A stretch of 59,399 nt of DNA from an uncultured Verrucomicrobiota bacterium (GCA_946610035.1 CAMOCC010000005.1:1-59399), one strand, 5' to 3'. Positions 33,441 through 43,457 are shown, counted from the stretch's first letter. Numbers and translations are program-made. The notes: generated by a model not told the origin, from the letters alone.

Positions 33441-35672
33441 TCAGAGGTTTGCGAACGGATTGCAGCTGAATCCGCCGGAATTCGCCGGTGCGAACGTAGT
33501 CCGGGGCGCCCTTCTTGCATTCGGTTTTGCACCGCCCGAGCCGCCGGACGTCCCCGCGCCGCCGATCACGGGATGGGACTTCGCGGAGAGCGAGATGCGT
33601 CCGCGCGCCTTGTCCACGCCGATGACCGTGACGGAGAGCCGGTCGCCCGCCTTGACGACGGAGGCGGGATCCGCTACGAAGCTGTCGCTCAGCTCGGAGA
33701 GGTGGACGAGTCCGTCCTGGTGTACGCCTATGTCCACGAACGCCCCGAACGCCGTCACGTTCGTGACGACGCCCTCGAGCTTCATCCCCTCACGGACGTC
33801 CTCGATCTTGGTCACGTCCTCGCGGAACTTCGGCGGCTCGAAGACCGCGCGCGGGTCGCGCCCGGGCTTCACGAGCTCGGCCACGATGTCGCGCAGCGTC
33901 GGCTCGCCGACGTCGTTCGTGATGTACTTTCTCACGTCGATCTTCTTCGCCGCGAGCGAATTGCCCACGAGCTCGCCAAGGGACAGCCCAAGGTCCTCAG
34001 CCATCTTCACGACGAGCGCGTATCGCTCCGGATGGACGGCACTGGCGTCCAGCGGGTTCTTCGCGCCGCGTATCCTGAGAAAGCCCGCGCACTGCTCGAA
34101 CGCCTTCGCGCCGAGGCCCTTGACTTTCTTTAGGTCTTCGCGGCTTGTGAACTTGCCGTGCTCGTTGCGGTATTCGACGATTGACTTCGCAAGCGACGCG
34201 TTCACCCCGGAGACGCGCTCCAGGAGCGGGGCGGACGCCGTGTTGAGCTCAACGCCGACGCCGTTGACGCAGGAGACGACGACCTCGTCGAGCTTCGCGC
34301 CGAGTAGCGGCTGGTGGACGTCGTGCTGGTACTGTCCGACGCCGATGGCCTTCGGGTCGACCTTCACGAGCTCTGCGAGCGGGTCCTGCAGGCGGCGTCC
34401 GATCGATATCGCGCCCCTCACCGTCAGGTCGAGGTCGGGGAACTCCTTGCGCGCGATCTCGGAGGCCGAGTAGACGGACGCGCCCGCCTCGCTCACGCTA
34501 ACCACCATCGGAGTCGGTATCTCGGGGTGCTGTTCGCGCAGGCGCTTAAGAGTCTGCCTGCAGAACGCCTCTGTTTCGCGCCCCGCCGTGCCGTTGCCGA
34601 CGGCGATCGCCTCGGGACGGTACTTGTTTACGATCATGGCTATCGCCTTGGCGGACTCCTCAGGCTTCTGCTGGGGGAATATGACGGTCTTCCCGAGGTA
34701 CTTGCCCGTCGCGTCCATCATGGCGACCTTGCAGCCCGTCCTGATGCCCGGGTCGATCGCAAGGACGGCCTTCTCGCCGAGCGGCGACGCGAGCAGGAGG
34801 TGGCGGAGGTTCTCCGCGAACACCTCGACGGCCGCACGGTCGGCCTCCATCTTCTTGTCGACCGTTACGTCGATTTCGCAACTCGGCGCGAGAAGCCTCT
34901 TGTAGGCGTCCTCCGCGGCAAGCCGTATCTGCGCCGCATTGGGGTTCTTGTCCGTCCCGAGTATCTCAAGCATCTCCTCGACGACGGGCTCCTTGTCCAG
35001 CTCGAGCTTCACCCAGAGGACGTTCTCCTTCTGCCCGCGGCGAATCGCAAGGTAGCGGTGCGACGGAATCGTCGCGATGGGCTCGGAGAAGTCGTAGTAT
35101 TGCTCGAACTTCGTAGGCTCCGCCGGAGCCGGCGAGACGACCTCGCTCTTCACCACGGACTTCGTGGCGAAGGCCCTGCGGACGAGTCCGCGCACCTCCG
35201 CGTTGTCCGCAATCCTCTCGGCGATGATGTCTCGTGCGTACTGGAGGTCCTCGCCGGACGCATCCCCATACGGCTCGCCGTTCCATATCGCGTCCGCCAG
35301 CGGCTCGAAACCCTTCTCCTTCGCTATCTGGGCCCTCGTGCGGCGCTTCGGCTTGTAGGGCTGGTAGAGGTCCTCGAGTGCGCTCTTCTGGAAGCATTCG
35401 CGTATCTTCTTCTCGAGGTCGGGCGTGAGCTTCTCCTGATCGGCAATCGACTTGAGGATCGTCTCCTTGCGGCTCTCGAGTTCCGTGTAGTAGGCGAGCC
35501 GCTCCTGAATCTTCCCGATCGCGACTTCGTCGAGGTTCCCGTGCGCCTCCTTCCTGTATCGCGCTATGAACGGGACCGTGCATCCCTCGCCAAGAAGCTT
35601 CTCCACTGCGGCGATCTGCCGCTCGCCGGCGCCGACTTCGGCCGCCATGCGCGTCATTATCTCTGCGTTCAA
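33441..35672 (-). CDS. tex: Tex-like RNA-binding transcription accessory protein
   Basis: 743 aa. N-terminal Tex domain (TVPFIARYRKE), a YqgF-like domain, HhH motifs, and a C-terminal S1 domain (GMKLEGVVTNVTAFGAFVDIGVHQDGLVHLSEL). Confidence 0.9.
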   Translation of the reverse strand: MNAEIMTRMAAEVGAGERQIAAVEKLLGEGCTVPFIARYRKEAHGNLDEVAIGKIQERLAYYTELESRKETILKSIADQEKLTPDLEKKIRECFQKSALEDLYQPYKPKRRTRAQIAKEKGFEPLADAIWNGEPYGDASGEDLQYARDIIAERIADNAEVRGLVRRAFATKSVVKSEVVSPAPAEPTKFEQYYDFSEPIATIPSHRYLAIRRGQKENVLWVKLELDKEPVVEEMLEILGTDKNPNAAQIRLAAEDAYKRLLAPSCEIDVTVDKKMEADRAAVEVFAENLRHLLLASPLGEKAVLAIDPGIRTGCKVAMMDATGKYLGKTVIFPQQKPEESAKAIAMIVNKYRPEAIAVGNGTAGRETEAFCRQTLKRLREQHPEIPTPMVVSVSEAGASVYSASEIARKEFPDLDLTVRGAISIGRRLQDPLAELVKVDPKAIGVGQYQHDVHQPLLGAKLDEVVVSCVNGVGVELNTASAPLLERVSGVNASLAKSIVEYRNEHGKFTSREDLKKVKGLGAKAFEQCAGFLRIRGAKNPLDASAVHPERYALVVKMAEDLGLSLGELVGNSLAAKKIDVRKYITNDVGEPTLRDIVAELVKPGRDPRAVFEPPKFREDVTKIEDVREGMKLEGVVTNVTAFGAFVDIGVHQDGLVHLSELSDSFVADPASVVKAGDRLSVTVIGVDKARGRISLSAKSHPVIGGAGTSGGSGGAKPNARRAPRTTFAPANSGGFSCNPFANL

Positions 35673-35696
35673 CTTTTCAGCCTTTCAGTTATGAGA

Positions 35697-36374
35697 TTAA
35701 AAATCGTCATTGGCGGCAATCCGCCTCTCGATCCCCTCGCGCGGCTCGGCCTCAGGCGGGATCTTCAGCGGCTCCAGCGGCGAGTCGTCCGCCGGAAGCG
35801 ACTTCCACGCCGCGCTGTACACCGGGAGCCCCTGCTCGCGGAACATCGTCTCGAACTCGGTCCAAACCTCCTTCGGACGCGGCATGGCCTCCACGCGCTT
35901 GAAGCGCGCATCCGCGGCGAAGCATTCGCAGACCACGTCGAAGTATTCCCTGTGGTCCGTCGCGAACTCCAGCTTGCCGCCGACCTCGAGCCTCTTCCAG
36001 AGGGCGTTGAGGAACAGCGGACCGAACAGCCTGTGGGAGTGGTGCTTCTTCTTCGGCCATGGATCCGGGAAGAATACGTATACGGTCCGCGCATGGTGCG
36101 CCGGCAGGAGGTAGTGGAAAGTGTACAGCGCCTCGAGCCTGAGGACGTGGGCGTTCGCTATGCTCCCCCTGCGGCACTTCCCGGAGAAGAGGCGGACGCG
36201 CTCGAGCATGCGCTCTATGCCAAGGAACTCGCAGTCCGGGTTCTCCGCGGCGCGCGCGGTGAGGAACTTCCCCTTTCCGCAGCCGACTTCGATTTCCAGC
36301 GGCCTAGAAAGGTCCAGCTCAAGCGGCTTGCACGGATTTGTGACTCTGATTACGGGATCAAGTTCGTTGTTCAT
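35697..36374 (-). CDS. trmB: tRNA (guanine46-N7)-methyltransferase
   Basis: EIEVGCGKGKFL and VFFPDPWPKKKHHSHRLF. The start MNNELDP at 36374 forms an ATGA overlap with the upstream GNAT gene. Confidence 0.88.
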   Translation of the reverse strand: MNNELDPVIRVTNPCKPLELDLSRPLEIEVGCGKGKFLTARAAENPDCEFLGIERMLERVRLFSGKCRRGSIANAHVLRLEALYTFHYLLPAHHARTVYVFFPDPWPKKKHHSHRLFGPLFLNALWKRLEVGGKLEFATDHREYFDVVCECFAADARFKRVEAMPRPKEVWTEFETMFREQGLPVYSAAWKSLPADDSPLEPLKIPPEAEPREGIERRIAANDDF

Positions 36375-36862
36375 CGTACTGTGTCTCGGATCATCGCCTT
36401 CTCGGGGCAAGTGAATGGATCCGCATGCTTTGTGCAATTGATGCAGCCCGTGTAGAGCTTGTGCATCACCTTGTTCTTTGGTATTTCGTAGAATCCGAGC
36501 TTGCTGAAGAATTCAGGCGTGAATGTAAGGACGAGAACCTCCCTTGGATTGAAGGCGGCGACCCGCGCGGAAACGGCCTCCACAAGCGCCTTGCCGATGC
36601 CCTTGCGCCGCCACGGGAGGCGGACGGCCAGGGACTGTATCTCGACTGTTGCGGACTCCGCCTGGCCTATCTCCGGGTGGATTTGATACGAGGCGCATCC
36701 GATAATGTCCGATCCCGCCACTGCGACAAGAAACCTGTCCACGTTCTCGACGATGTTGCCCATCGACCTTGGCACAAGGAGGTCGCGGTTCAAGTGGATC
36801 AGCGCGAAGATCTTCTCCGCGTCTGCAAGCCGCGCCTGGCGTATCTGGAATTCTGGATCCAT
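36371..36862 (-). CDS. GNAT N-acetyltransferase (short N-acetylglutamate-synthase-like) with C-terminal Cys cluster
   Basis: Acetyl-CoA motif RRKGIGKALVEAV. C-terminus YTGCINCTKHADPFTCPEK. Confidence 0.75.
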   Translation of the reverse strand: MDPEFQIRQARLADAEKIFALIHLNRDLLVPRSMGNIVENVDRFLVAVAGSDIIGCASYQIHPEIGQAESATVEIQSLAVRLPWRRKGIGKALVEAVSARVAAFNPREVLVLTFTPEFFSKLGFYEIPKNKVMHKLYTGCINCTKHADPFTCPEKAMIRDTVR

Positions 36863-36874
36863 TTGCTTTTGTCT

Positions 36875-36951
36875 TGGCGGTCCTGGCGGGACTCGAACCC
36901 ACTACCCGCTGCTTAGAAGGCAGCTGCTCTGTCCAGATGAGCTACAGGACC
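36875..36951 (-). tRNA. tRNA-Arg (anticodon TCT), CCA encoded
   Basis: Folded by hand. The reverse complement reads GGTCCTG-TA-GCTC-ATCTGGACA-GAGC-A-GCTGC-CTTCTAA-GCAGC-GGGTA-GTGGG-TTCGAGT-CCCGC-CAGGACC-G-CCA, a full cloverleaf with TCT at positions 34-36. Confidence 0.9.
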
Positions 36952-37027
36952 TCAGTTTTACTGCATTTGCAGTTCCATGTGACTTCTATATGTTTACGCG
37001 CTCTCCTTGTTCAGCAAAACGGCAGAT

Positions 37028-37036
37028 ATTGTACCA
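37028..37036 (-). promoter_or_regulatory. Extended -10 promoter element (TGGTACAAT on - strand) ~70 nt upstream of tRNA-Arg
   Basis: The + strand reads ATTGTACCA. Confidence 0.45.
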
Positions 37037-37178
37037 CATAGACCGAGGACAGTCAACCACCAACGGGGTGCGGGAACTACTATTATGGGAGCGGGACGTT
37101 CGACGTGCGTCGGACATCCCGCTTCACGACCATCCATCGCCGAAATGGGCGGTGTCCGGTCGTTTTTCAGCTGTAGGG

Positions 37179-37229
37179 AAAACCATCGCGCAATGCGGCG
37201 CGTTGGGGGACAACGCGCCGACATTGCGC
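37179..37229 (-). terminator. Probable intrinsic terminator after the GH97-GH43 gene
   Basis: 18-bp interrupted stem: GCGCAATG+CGGCGCGTTG (37188-37205), loop GGGGA, CAACGCGCCG+A+CATTGCGC (37211-37229). A TTTT run on the - strand lies 5 nt downstream (37179-37182). Confidence 0.55.
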
Positions 37230-37238
37230 TAACCGGGG

Positions 37239-39755
37239 CTACTGTATGTGCCGTCCCTTGAGCGGCTGGAAGGGAATCGTCCCGTCGGGGTTGTACTTGA
37301 ACTCCTGGAAGCAGGCGCTGCGGCAGAAGCCGCCGCCGCCCGGCAGCGTGCCGTCGTGGAGGAAGAGGTAGTCCCTGCCCTTGAAGTGGACGCTGCCGCC
37401 GTGGATGGTGAAGCTGCGCGGCGAAAGGTCCGTGATCTTGCCGCGATAGCGCCACGGACCGTGTATTGAATCCGATGTCGAGTACGCCCAATGCTCGGGG
37501 ACGCCGCCCGCGGCGTATTCAAGGTAGTACGTCTTGCCGCGCTTGTAGATCCACGGCGCCTCCACGAAGTTCGTGCGCTTCCTGCCGTCCCTGCCTGTCA
37601 GGGTCGGACCGAAGCACTGCTCGTCGAGGAGTCCGGGGACGGGCTTGATCTCGCCCGCCTTCTCGACCATGTTCCGCTTCAGCTCCACATACCAGCAGCC
37701 GGGATCGCCGCCCGCATTGCCCCAGAAGAGCCACGCCCTGCCGTCGTCGTCGACCATCACCGTGGGGTCGATCCATGCGTTGCCGGGTCCGCACAGCGGC
37801 TTGCCTATCGGGTCCGTCCAGGGACCGAGCGGACTCTTCGCCGTCGCGACGCCGATGAAGTCGCCGCCGTGTTCGCCGAGTACCGCGACGTACCAGTACC
37901 AGTTGCCGTCGCGCTTGATCGCCTGCGACGCCCACGCGCGGTCGCCCTGCTTCGCCCACTTGAAGACGGACGTGTCCATCACGACTCCGTGCTGCGTCCA
38001 GTTCTCCATGTCCTTCGTCGAGAACACCTGCCAGTCGGGCATGTGGAACCAGTCGCTGCGCGGCATGTCGTGTCCCGTGAAGACCCAAAGCGTGTCGCCG
38101 TCGACGACTGGCGCGGGGTCGGGCGAGAAGATGTGGTCCTCCTCTATGATCGCGGCGAATCCGCCGCCCTTCCGAAGCGGGATCGTCAGCTTGTCGGACC
38201 TCTTGACCTTGCGCGCCATCGTCTTGTAGGCGTCGAGGCGGTCCGGGTTGTCGCAGTAGCCGGTTAGGGAGAGCGTCTTGCCCTTCGGGAGCAGCCGCAG
38301 GTCGATTGTGAACTCCCGCGGAGTCTCGCCGTTCTCGATTGCGATGTACCACGTTCCGCCCTTGCGCTTCATGAAGCCGACGACCTCGCCTATCTCGCTC
38401 CCTGGCAGGAGGTGCGACTCGTCGTAGACGGCGGGGAGGTGCTTGATGAAGTCCTGCGCCGGATTGTCGAGGTAGTTCTTCGGGAAGTCGCCCGTGCAGA
38501 GGAACGGCGCGGAGAAGACGACGGCCTGCGCGAGCTGGCGGGCCCAGGTGAAGTGGATCAGCTGTTCCTTCTGGAAGACGAGCGGCGTGTAGTCGGCATG
38601 CCCCTGCACGAGGCGGCAGAACGGGAGGATCGTGTCGTGGTCGTAGGGGAGGACGCGATGGTAGCGCGTGATGTGCCACTCGTGTCCCCGTACGGCCTCG
38701 CGGGCGAGTTCGTGCGGCCAGGTGCGTTCGCGCCCGGTCGGCTTGACCGCGCCGTGGAAGTCGACGAAGAGCCCCGCCTCGAAGGTGTCCTCCAGGGTCT
38801 CCTCGTACCAGTTGCACCAGTGGTAGTTGCACGGCGGCATGAAGTCGATCTTGATTCCGACGGCTCCCGCCTCCTTGGTGCGCTTCAGGTAGTCGAGGCG
38901 GCGCGCACGGTCCGGAATCTCGTTTGAGTGCACCCATATCGCGCACTTGACGCCCTTGGAGGTCGCATAGTCGATCGTCTCCTTGAGGCAGGCCCAGCGG
39001 TCCTTGCCGTCCGCGCTCCAGTTGCGCCAGCCTTCGTCGATGAGGTAGTATTCGAAGCCGAGCTTCGCCGTCTTGTCGATCCAGTCGCGCTGATCCTCAA
39101 GCCTCGGCGCGCCCGCAGGGAGCCACTGCCACACTGCGCGCCCGGGCTTCGCGAACTCCGCCGCGCGCGCGGCGCGCTCCGGCGGGGGAGGCGGACATAG
39201 CCTGCGCACCATGTCGCTCTTCACGAGCTCGTTTATGTTTCGCGCCACGATGGTGACGCGCCACGGCGTCACCGCCTCGCCCGTCTGCGTGAAGCCGTCG
39301 GGGTCGGCGTGGTAGCGGACCTTGAATGAGTTGTCGCCGATTGCGACGACTTCGGCGTCCGTGTAGTTGACGAGGTTCGCCTCGGTGATGAGGCGGTACG
39401 TGCCGTCCGGCAGCTTCGCCGTCATGGGAAGGCACAGCCGCGTACCCTTCGGTACGTCCTTGACGAGTGAGTTGCGGTAGGGCGACTCGTAGTCGGCGTC
39501 CGTCTGGTACCACAACCGCGCATCGCCGGGGAGCGTCCATACGGACTTCTCATCCGTTATGCGGCGCTCGCCCTTCGGGAGGATGTAGCGGACGGCGTAT
39601 CCGTCGGGGAAGTCCTTCCTCTCGACCTTGCCGGTCAGCCTGCCGTTGACGACAACGCCGGACGGCGTGAATTCACGATTGGCTCCCGATGCGCCCGCGA
39701 AGGCGGACAACGCACCGAGAACCATGCACCCAGTAAGCAGTATTCTCGTTTTCAT
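37239..39755 (-). CDS. Fusion glycoside hydrolase: N-terminal GH97-like plus C-terminal GH43
   Basis: GH97-like: LGFEYYLIDEGW, GAVGIKIDFM, FVDFHGAVKPTGRERTWPHELAREAVRGHE. GH43: FSPDPAPVVDGDTLWVFTGHD, AWASQAIKRDGNWYWYVAV, IDPTVMVDDDGRAWLFWG, VEAPWIYKRGKTYYLEYA. The start MKTRILL (39755) gives a signal peptide. Confidence 0.8.
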   Translation of the reverse strand: MKTRILLTGCMVLGALSAFAGASGANREFTPSGVVVNGRLTGKVERKDFPDGYAVRYILPKGERRITDEKSVWTLPGDARLWYQTDADYESPYRNSLVKDVPKGTRLCLPMTAKLPDGTYRLITEANLVNYTDAEVVAIGDNSFKVRYHADPDGFTQTGEAVTPWRVTIVARNINELVKSDMVRRLCPPPPPERAARAAEFAKPGRAVWQWLPAGAPRLEDQRDWIDKTAKLGFEYYLIDEGWRNWSADGKDRWACLKETIDYATSKGVKCAIWVHSNEIPDRARRLDYLKRTKEAGAVGIKIDFMPPCNYHWCNWYEETLEDTFEAGLFVDFHGAVKPTGRERTWPHELAREAVRGHEWHITRYHRVLPYDHDTILPFCRLVQGHADYTPLVFQKEQLIHFTWARQLAQAVVFSAPFLCTGDFPKNYLDNPAQDFIKHLPAVYDESHLLPGSEIGEVVGFMKRKGGTWYIAIENGETPREFTIDLRLLPKGKTLSLTGYCDNPDRLDAYKTMARKVKRSDKLTIPLRKGGGFAAIIEEDHIFSPDPAPVVDGDTLWVFTGHDMPRSDWFHMPDWQVFSTKDMENWTQHGVVMDTSVFKWAKQGDRAWASQAIKRDGNWYWYVAVLGEHGGDFIGVATAKSPLGPWTDPIGKPLCGPGNAWIDPTVMVDDDGRAWLFWGNAGGDPGCWYVELKRNMVEKAGEIKPVPGLLDEQCFGPTLTGRDGRKRTNFVEAPWIYKRGKTYYLEYAAGGVPEHWAYSTSDSIHGPWRYRGKITDLSPRSFTIHGGSVHFKGRDYLFLHDGTLPGGGGFCRSACFQEFKYNPDGTIPFQPLKGRHIQ

Positions 39756-39761
39756 GATGCG

Positions 39762-39770
39762 ATTATACCA
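39762..39770 (-). promoter_or_regulatory. Extended -10 (TGGTATAAT on - strand) 6 nt from ATG 39755 (leaderless arrangement)
   Basis: The + strand reads ATTATACCA. Confidence 0.5.
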
Positions 39771-39905
39771 CTTTAGGGGCATCCGCCGCCATCACCCGAA
39801 AGTGTACGCACTTCCGGCGCCCCGCAAACGGGCTTCCACGTTATGCCGTCCGGCGGCGAGGGCTTTGCGCAACCTGCCTGGATTTGAGTGTCCGTCAGAC
39901 AGGCA

Positions 39906-41549
39906 TTATTCGACAATCGCCGCGAAGCCTCCGTTTGCGGAGGCGGCGACGGTTAGGACTTCCGCCTCAAGACTTTCGCAGGCGATGGGGGCGAGCCTTG
40001 CGGTGTCGGCCGGGTCCGCATCGCGATAGAGCCGCACCTTCCTCGCCCCCGTCCCGGCGAAGTCCAGCGGAACCTTGAACTCGCGCTTCTCTCCCGCGTT
40101 GACGCAGCCGACGAACCACTTCTTGCCTACGCGGCGCGCAACGACTGCATAGGAGCCGATTTCGCCCTGGAGGAAGCGCGTCTCGTCGAACGCCGTCGGT
40201 ATCTCGCGCCAGAAGTCGAGAGCGGGATTGGCCTCGTCGATCTGGTCCGGACGCTGGTACCAGAAGAGGAACTGGAAGCCGCTCGTGTAGACGCAGGGAA
40301 GCGCAAGCTGGTGCGCAAGCGTGTTCTGGACGCGTCCCACCTTCCAGCACGGCGTGTAGTCGCCGGGTCCGTCCAGGAACCGCGTGAACGGAAGCGCCGC
40401 ATCGTGCGCGGCGTTCGGCATCTCCTCGTTGCCGCAGATTCCCTCGACGGTCAGCACGTTCGGATAAGTGCGCTGGATGCCGGTGAGTCGGTACTCGTCG
40501 TGGATGTCGAGCATGAGGCGGCGCGCGGCGGCCGCCTCGATCGCCTCGGTCACCCACTTGCGCCACTTCTGGCTGCCGACGTTGACGAAACCGTACTTTA
40601 TGCCCTTCACGCCCCAGCCGGCGAGTGTGTCGAGTATCTCGTCCCTGTTGCGCTTGAGCGGCTCGCGGTTCACATATAGCAAGACGCCGATGCCGTTGGA
40701 CTTCGCATAGTCCATGAACTTGAAGAAGTCGAGGTGCTCGCCGCGTGCGATCTTCTCCGGTGCAAGGCCGGGCTTGAGCGGATCGCCGACGTGCTCCTCG
40801 CCGTACCATCCCGCGTCAAGCTCGACGTAGGGGAAGCCGTTCCGCTTCGCGAAGTCGACAGCCGCCAGGGCGTGGTCCGTCGTCAGCTTGGCGACACGCA
40901 GCACCTTGCCTGGCTTGATCCAGCTCGTGTCCTTGATGCGCGAAGGCTCGTTCAGTTCGTCGAGGAACGACGGCTGGGCGTTCGCAAGCGCCACCGCGCT
41001 CTCGCGTACGTGTACGTAGCGCCATGGCGTCTTGTACGGAAGCGCGACCGTGCATTCGCCCTCAAGGACCGAGACGACCGAACCGGCTGCTGGTCCGGAC
41101 TTGAACCTCAGACGCGCATAGTCCAGCACCCCCGCATCGCCGACGACAGCCGTGAAGCCGGGGCCTTCGACGACCAGCGGACTCTCCGCCGTGCCGGGGT
41201 AGGACGTCGCGTAGTTGTACATCTCCCCGACGCCAGCAGCGACAAGTGCGGACCTCGGACGGTCCTTCATCGTCGCAATCGTGGAGAGCGTCTTCGGGAT
41301 GTACTCGCCCTGCGCGTGGCTCACGGGCCAGCACTTGAGGTCCGCCCCGAAGTCGAACGTCCACGCCTCGTCCTTGATGACGCGCTCGCCGCTACCCGTG
41401 TAGCTCAAACGCCACGCGAGGCCGCCGTCGAGCTTCTTCGTCTCGACGGACACCCCCTGCTCCTCCGCCGGAGGGGTCACTGTGCATACAGTCCTGCCCG
41501 AAGGCCCGACAACCGCGATTGATGCGGCGATAAGAAGTGCTGTGTTCAT
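39906..41549 (-). CDS. Glycoside hydrolase family 97-like (alpha-glucosidase/alpha-galactosidase type)
   Basis: FPYVELDAGWYG, GVKGIKYGF, MLDIHDEYRLTGIQRTYPNVLTVEGICGNE. The start MNTALLIAASIAVVG (41549) gives a signal peptide. Confidence 0.72.
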   Translation of the reverse strand: MNTALLIAASIAVVGPSGRTVCTVTPPAEEQGVSVETKKLDGGLAWRLSYTGSGERVIKDEAWTFDFGADLKCWPVSHAQGEYIPKTLSTIATMKDRPRSALVAAGVGEMYNYATSYPGTAESPLVVEGPGFTAVVGDAGVLDYARLRFKSGPAAGSVVSVLEGECTVALPYKTPWRYVHVRESAVALANAQPSFLDELNEPSRIKDTSWIKPGKVLRVAKLTTDHALAAVDFAKRNGFPYVELDAGWYGEEHVGDPLKPGLAPEKIARGEHLDFFKFMDYAKSNGIGVLLYVNREPLKRNRDEILDTLAGWGVKGIKYGFVNVGSQKWRKWVTEAIEAAAARRLMLDIHDEYRLTGIQRTYPNVLTVEGICGNEEMPNAAHDAALPFTRFLDGPGDYTPCWKVGRVQNTLAHQLALPCVYTSGFQFLFWYQRPDQIDEANPALDFWREIPTAFDETRFLQGEIGSYAVVARRVGKKWFVGCVNAGEKREFKVPLDFAGTGARKVRLYRDADPADTARLAPIACESLEAEVLTVAASANGGFAAIVE

Positions 41550-41558
41550 GGTGCACCT

Positions 41559-41567
41559 ATTGTACCA
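41559..41567 (-). promoter_or_regulatory. Extended -10 (TGGTACAAT on - strand) 9 nt from ATG 41549
   Basis: The + strand reads ATTGTACCA. Confidence 0.5.
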
Positions 41568-41606
41568 TAAACAAGCCGCGAAAGAACTCCCCAAAAAGGG
41601 GGAATG

Positions 41607-43457
41607 TCACGCGAGGCCCTGCTGGCGAAGGAGCGCGTCGATTTTCGGCTTCCTGCCGCGGAAGCGGACGAATACATCGTATGCCGACTCGCTGCCGCCG
41701 AGGGCGAGGACCGTCTCGCGATAGGCCCTTCCGACGCGGCGGACGGCTTCATCGTCGGCTAGCCCGGCCTCCTCGAACGCTCCGTAGCAGTCGGCGCTCA
41801 TCACCTCGCTCCACTTGTAGCCGTAGTACCCTGCGGCGTATCCGCCGCCGAAGATGTGTCCGAAGGCGTTGAGGAAGAGGTCCCCTTCTATCAGCGGAAT
41901 CCCGAAATGGCGGAACTCGCGGTTCTTCACGACGTTCGGATCCTCAGTCGACTCCGAGTGCAGGATCATGTCCGTCTTAGCGAACGCGAGCTGACGGCGG
42001 CACAACGACGCCGCGCGGAAGTTCTTCGCGGCCTTGACCTTCGCCTTGAGGTCCTCCGGCACGACGATGCCCGTCCTGTCGTCGAGGCACCAGTTCTCCA
42101 TGAACTGCGACGCAACCTCGACGGCGTCCCACTCGACGAGGTTGATGCCGGCGGCGGACTCCTCGCCGATGCGCGTCAGCATGCACTGAAGCGAGTGGCC
42201 GAATTCGTGGAACAGCGTCTCGACCTCGCGGAACGGCATGTAGCACTTACCGTCGGCGTCAGGCGTCTGCTGGTTGAGGACGAGCACCGCGAGCGGCTTT
42301 TCGCCCCGCCTGTCGTCCCTGTTGGAGAATTCGTTCATCCACGCGCCGCCGTTCTTCTGTCCGTTCCGGACATACGGATCGACGTAGAAGTTCGCTATCA
42401 CGGACCCATTCTCCTTCACCGAGAAGAAGCGGACGTCCGGGTGCCATGTCTGCGGCTTATCCGACCCCTTCACCTCCTCGATGTCGATGTCGAAAAGGAA
42501 CTTCGACAGGCGGAAGAGGCCCTTCAGCACGTCCTCGAACTCGAAATAGCGCTTGAGCTCCTCCTCGCTGTAGGCGTACTTCCTCTCCCGCAGCCGCTCG
42601 GCGCAGTAGGCGACGTCCCACGGCTGCATGGCCCCTTCGCCCTCGTACATCTCGCCGACCTGGACGTCCTCCACCTCCGATATCTCCTTGGTCGCGGCGT
42701 CAAGCTCGTCAATCATCGCCTTGACGGAGAGGACGGACGGCGCGCACTTGTTCGCGAGCGAAAGTTCGGCGTACGTCGTGTAGCCCAGGAGCACGGCGAG
42801 CTCGCGACGGAGCTCGAGGATGCGCGAAATGCGCGCCGTGTTCTCGGGCGCGCGCGTCACGCGGGCGCGGTAGAGGCGCTCGCGTACCTCGCGGTCCGGA
42901 CAGTTCTTCATCGTCAGCGGATAGTTGGCGTCGTCGATCGTGTACGTCTTGCCGTCCTTCTCGAACTTGAAGGCGTCCGTCGCATCCAGCACGGCGCGAG
43001 AGAAGTCGGTTCCGAGCCTTGCAAGTTCGGCCTTTATCGCATTGAAGCGATCCTTCTTCTCCCCTTCGAGGGCAACGCCCGCAAGCTCCGCCTCCTGGAC
43101 CATCCTGTCGAGTATGCGCCTGCGCATGGGGTCCTCGACCGCTATGGACTTCGCGAACTTGTAGAGCGAACGCGACTGGCTCACGCGCATCGTGAACATG
43201 ATCATCCGCTCCTGGAAGTCGGACTCGACCTTTCGCCACGCATCGGAATTCATGACGCCGAGCATGTGAAGTACCATCCCCCAGGTGTTCACCAGATCCC
43301 GCACGGCGTCGTCCAGACCCCAGACGAGGCCTTCGAACGTGACGGGATGCGCGGCCTCCAACGCCGCGACGCCTCGTTCGGCTACCGCCAAAAGACGCGT
43401 CAACTCGGACACCGCAAACTCCGGCGTGAAATCCGCCCACTTCGGGAAACCAGCCAT
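41607..43457 (-). CDS. prlC: M3 family metallopeptidase (oligopeptidase A-like)
   Basis: Zinc motif HEFGHSLQ. 616 aa from ATG 43457, which follows a strong SD (GAGGAGG, 6-nt spacing). The upstream ATG 43517 has no SD. Confidence 0.85.
   Translation of the reverse strand: MAGFPKWADFTPEFAVSELTRLLAVAERGVAALEAAHPVTFEGLVWGLDDAVRDLVNTWGMVLHMLGVMNSDAWRKVESDFQERMIMFTMRVSQSRSLYKFAKSIAVEDPMRRRILDRMVQEAELAGVALEGEKKDRFNAIKAELARLGTDFSRAVLDATDAFKFEKDGKTYTIDDANYPLTMKNCPDREVRERLYRARVTRAPENTARISRILELRRELAVLLGYTTYAELSLANKCAPSVLSVKAMIDELDAATKEISEVEDVQVGEMYEGEGAMQPWDVAYCAERLRERKYAYSEEELKRYFEFEDVLKGLFRLSKFLFDIDIEEVKGSDKPQTWHPDVRFFSVKENGSVIANFYVDPYVRNGQKNGGAWMNEFSNRDDRRGEKPLAVLVLNQQTPDADGKCYMPFREVETLFHEFGHSLQCMLTRIGEESAAGINLVEWDAVEVASQFMENWCLDDRTGIVVPEDLKAKVKAAKNFRAASLCRRQLAFAKTDMILHSESTEDPNVVKNREFRHFGIPLIEGDLFLNAFGHIFGGGYAAGYYGYKWSEVMSADCYGAFEEAGLADDEAVRRVGRAYRETVLALGGSESAYDVFVRFRGRKPKIDALLRQQGLA

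Noticed and set aside
36952-37238. Possible ncRNA or pseudogene in the 287-nt gap between tRNA-Arg and the GH97-GH43 gene
   Set aside because: The gap is adequately explained by a terminator hairpin (37188-37229) and a tRNA promoter (37028-37036). I saw no further conserved or repeated motif and cannot support a separate feature.
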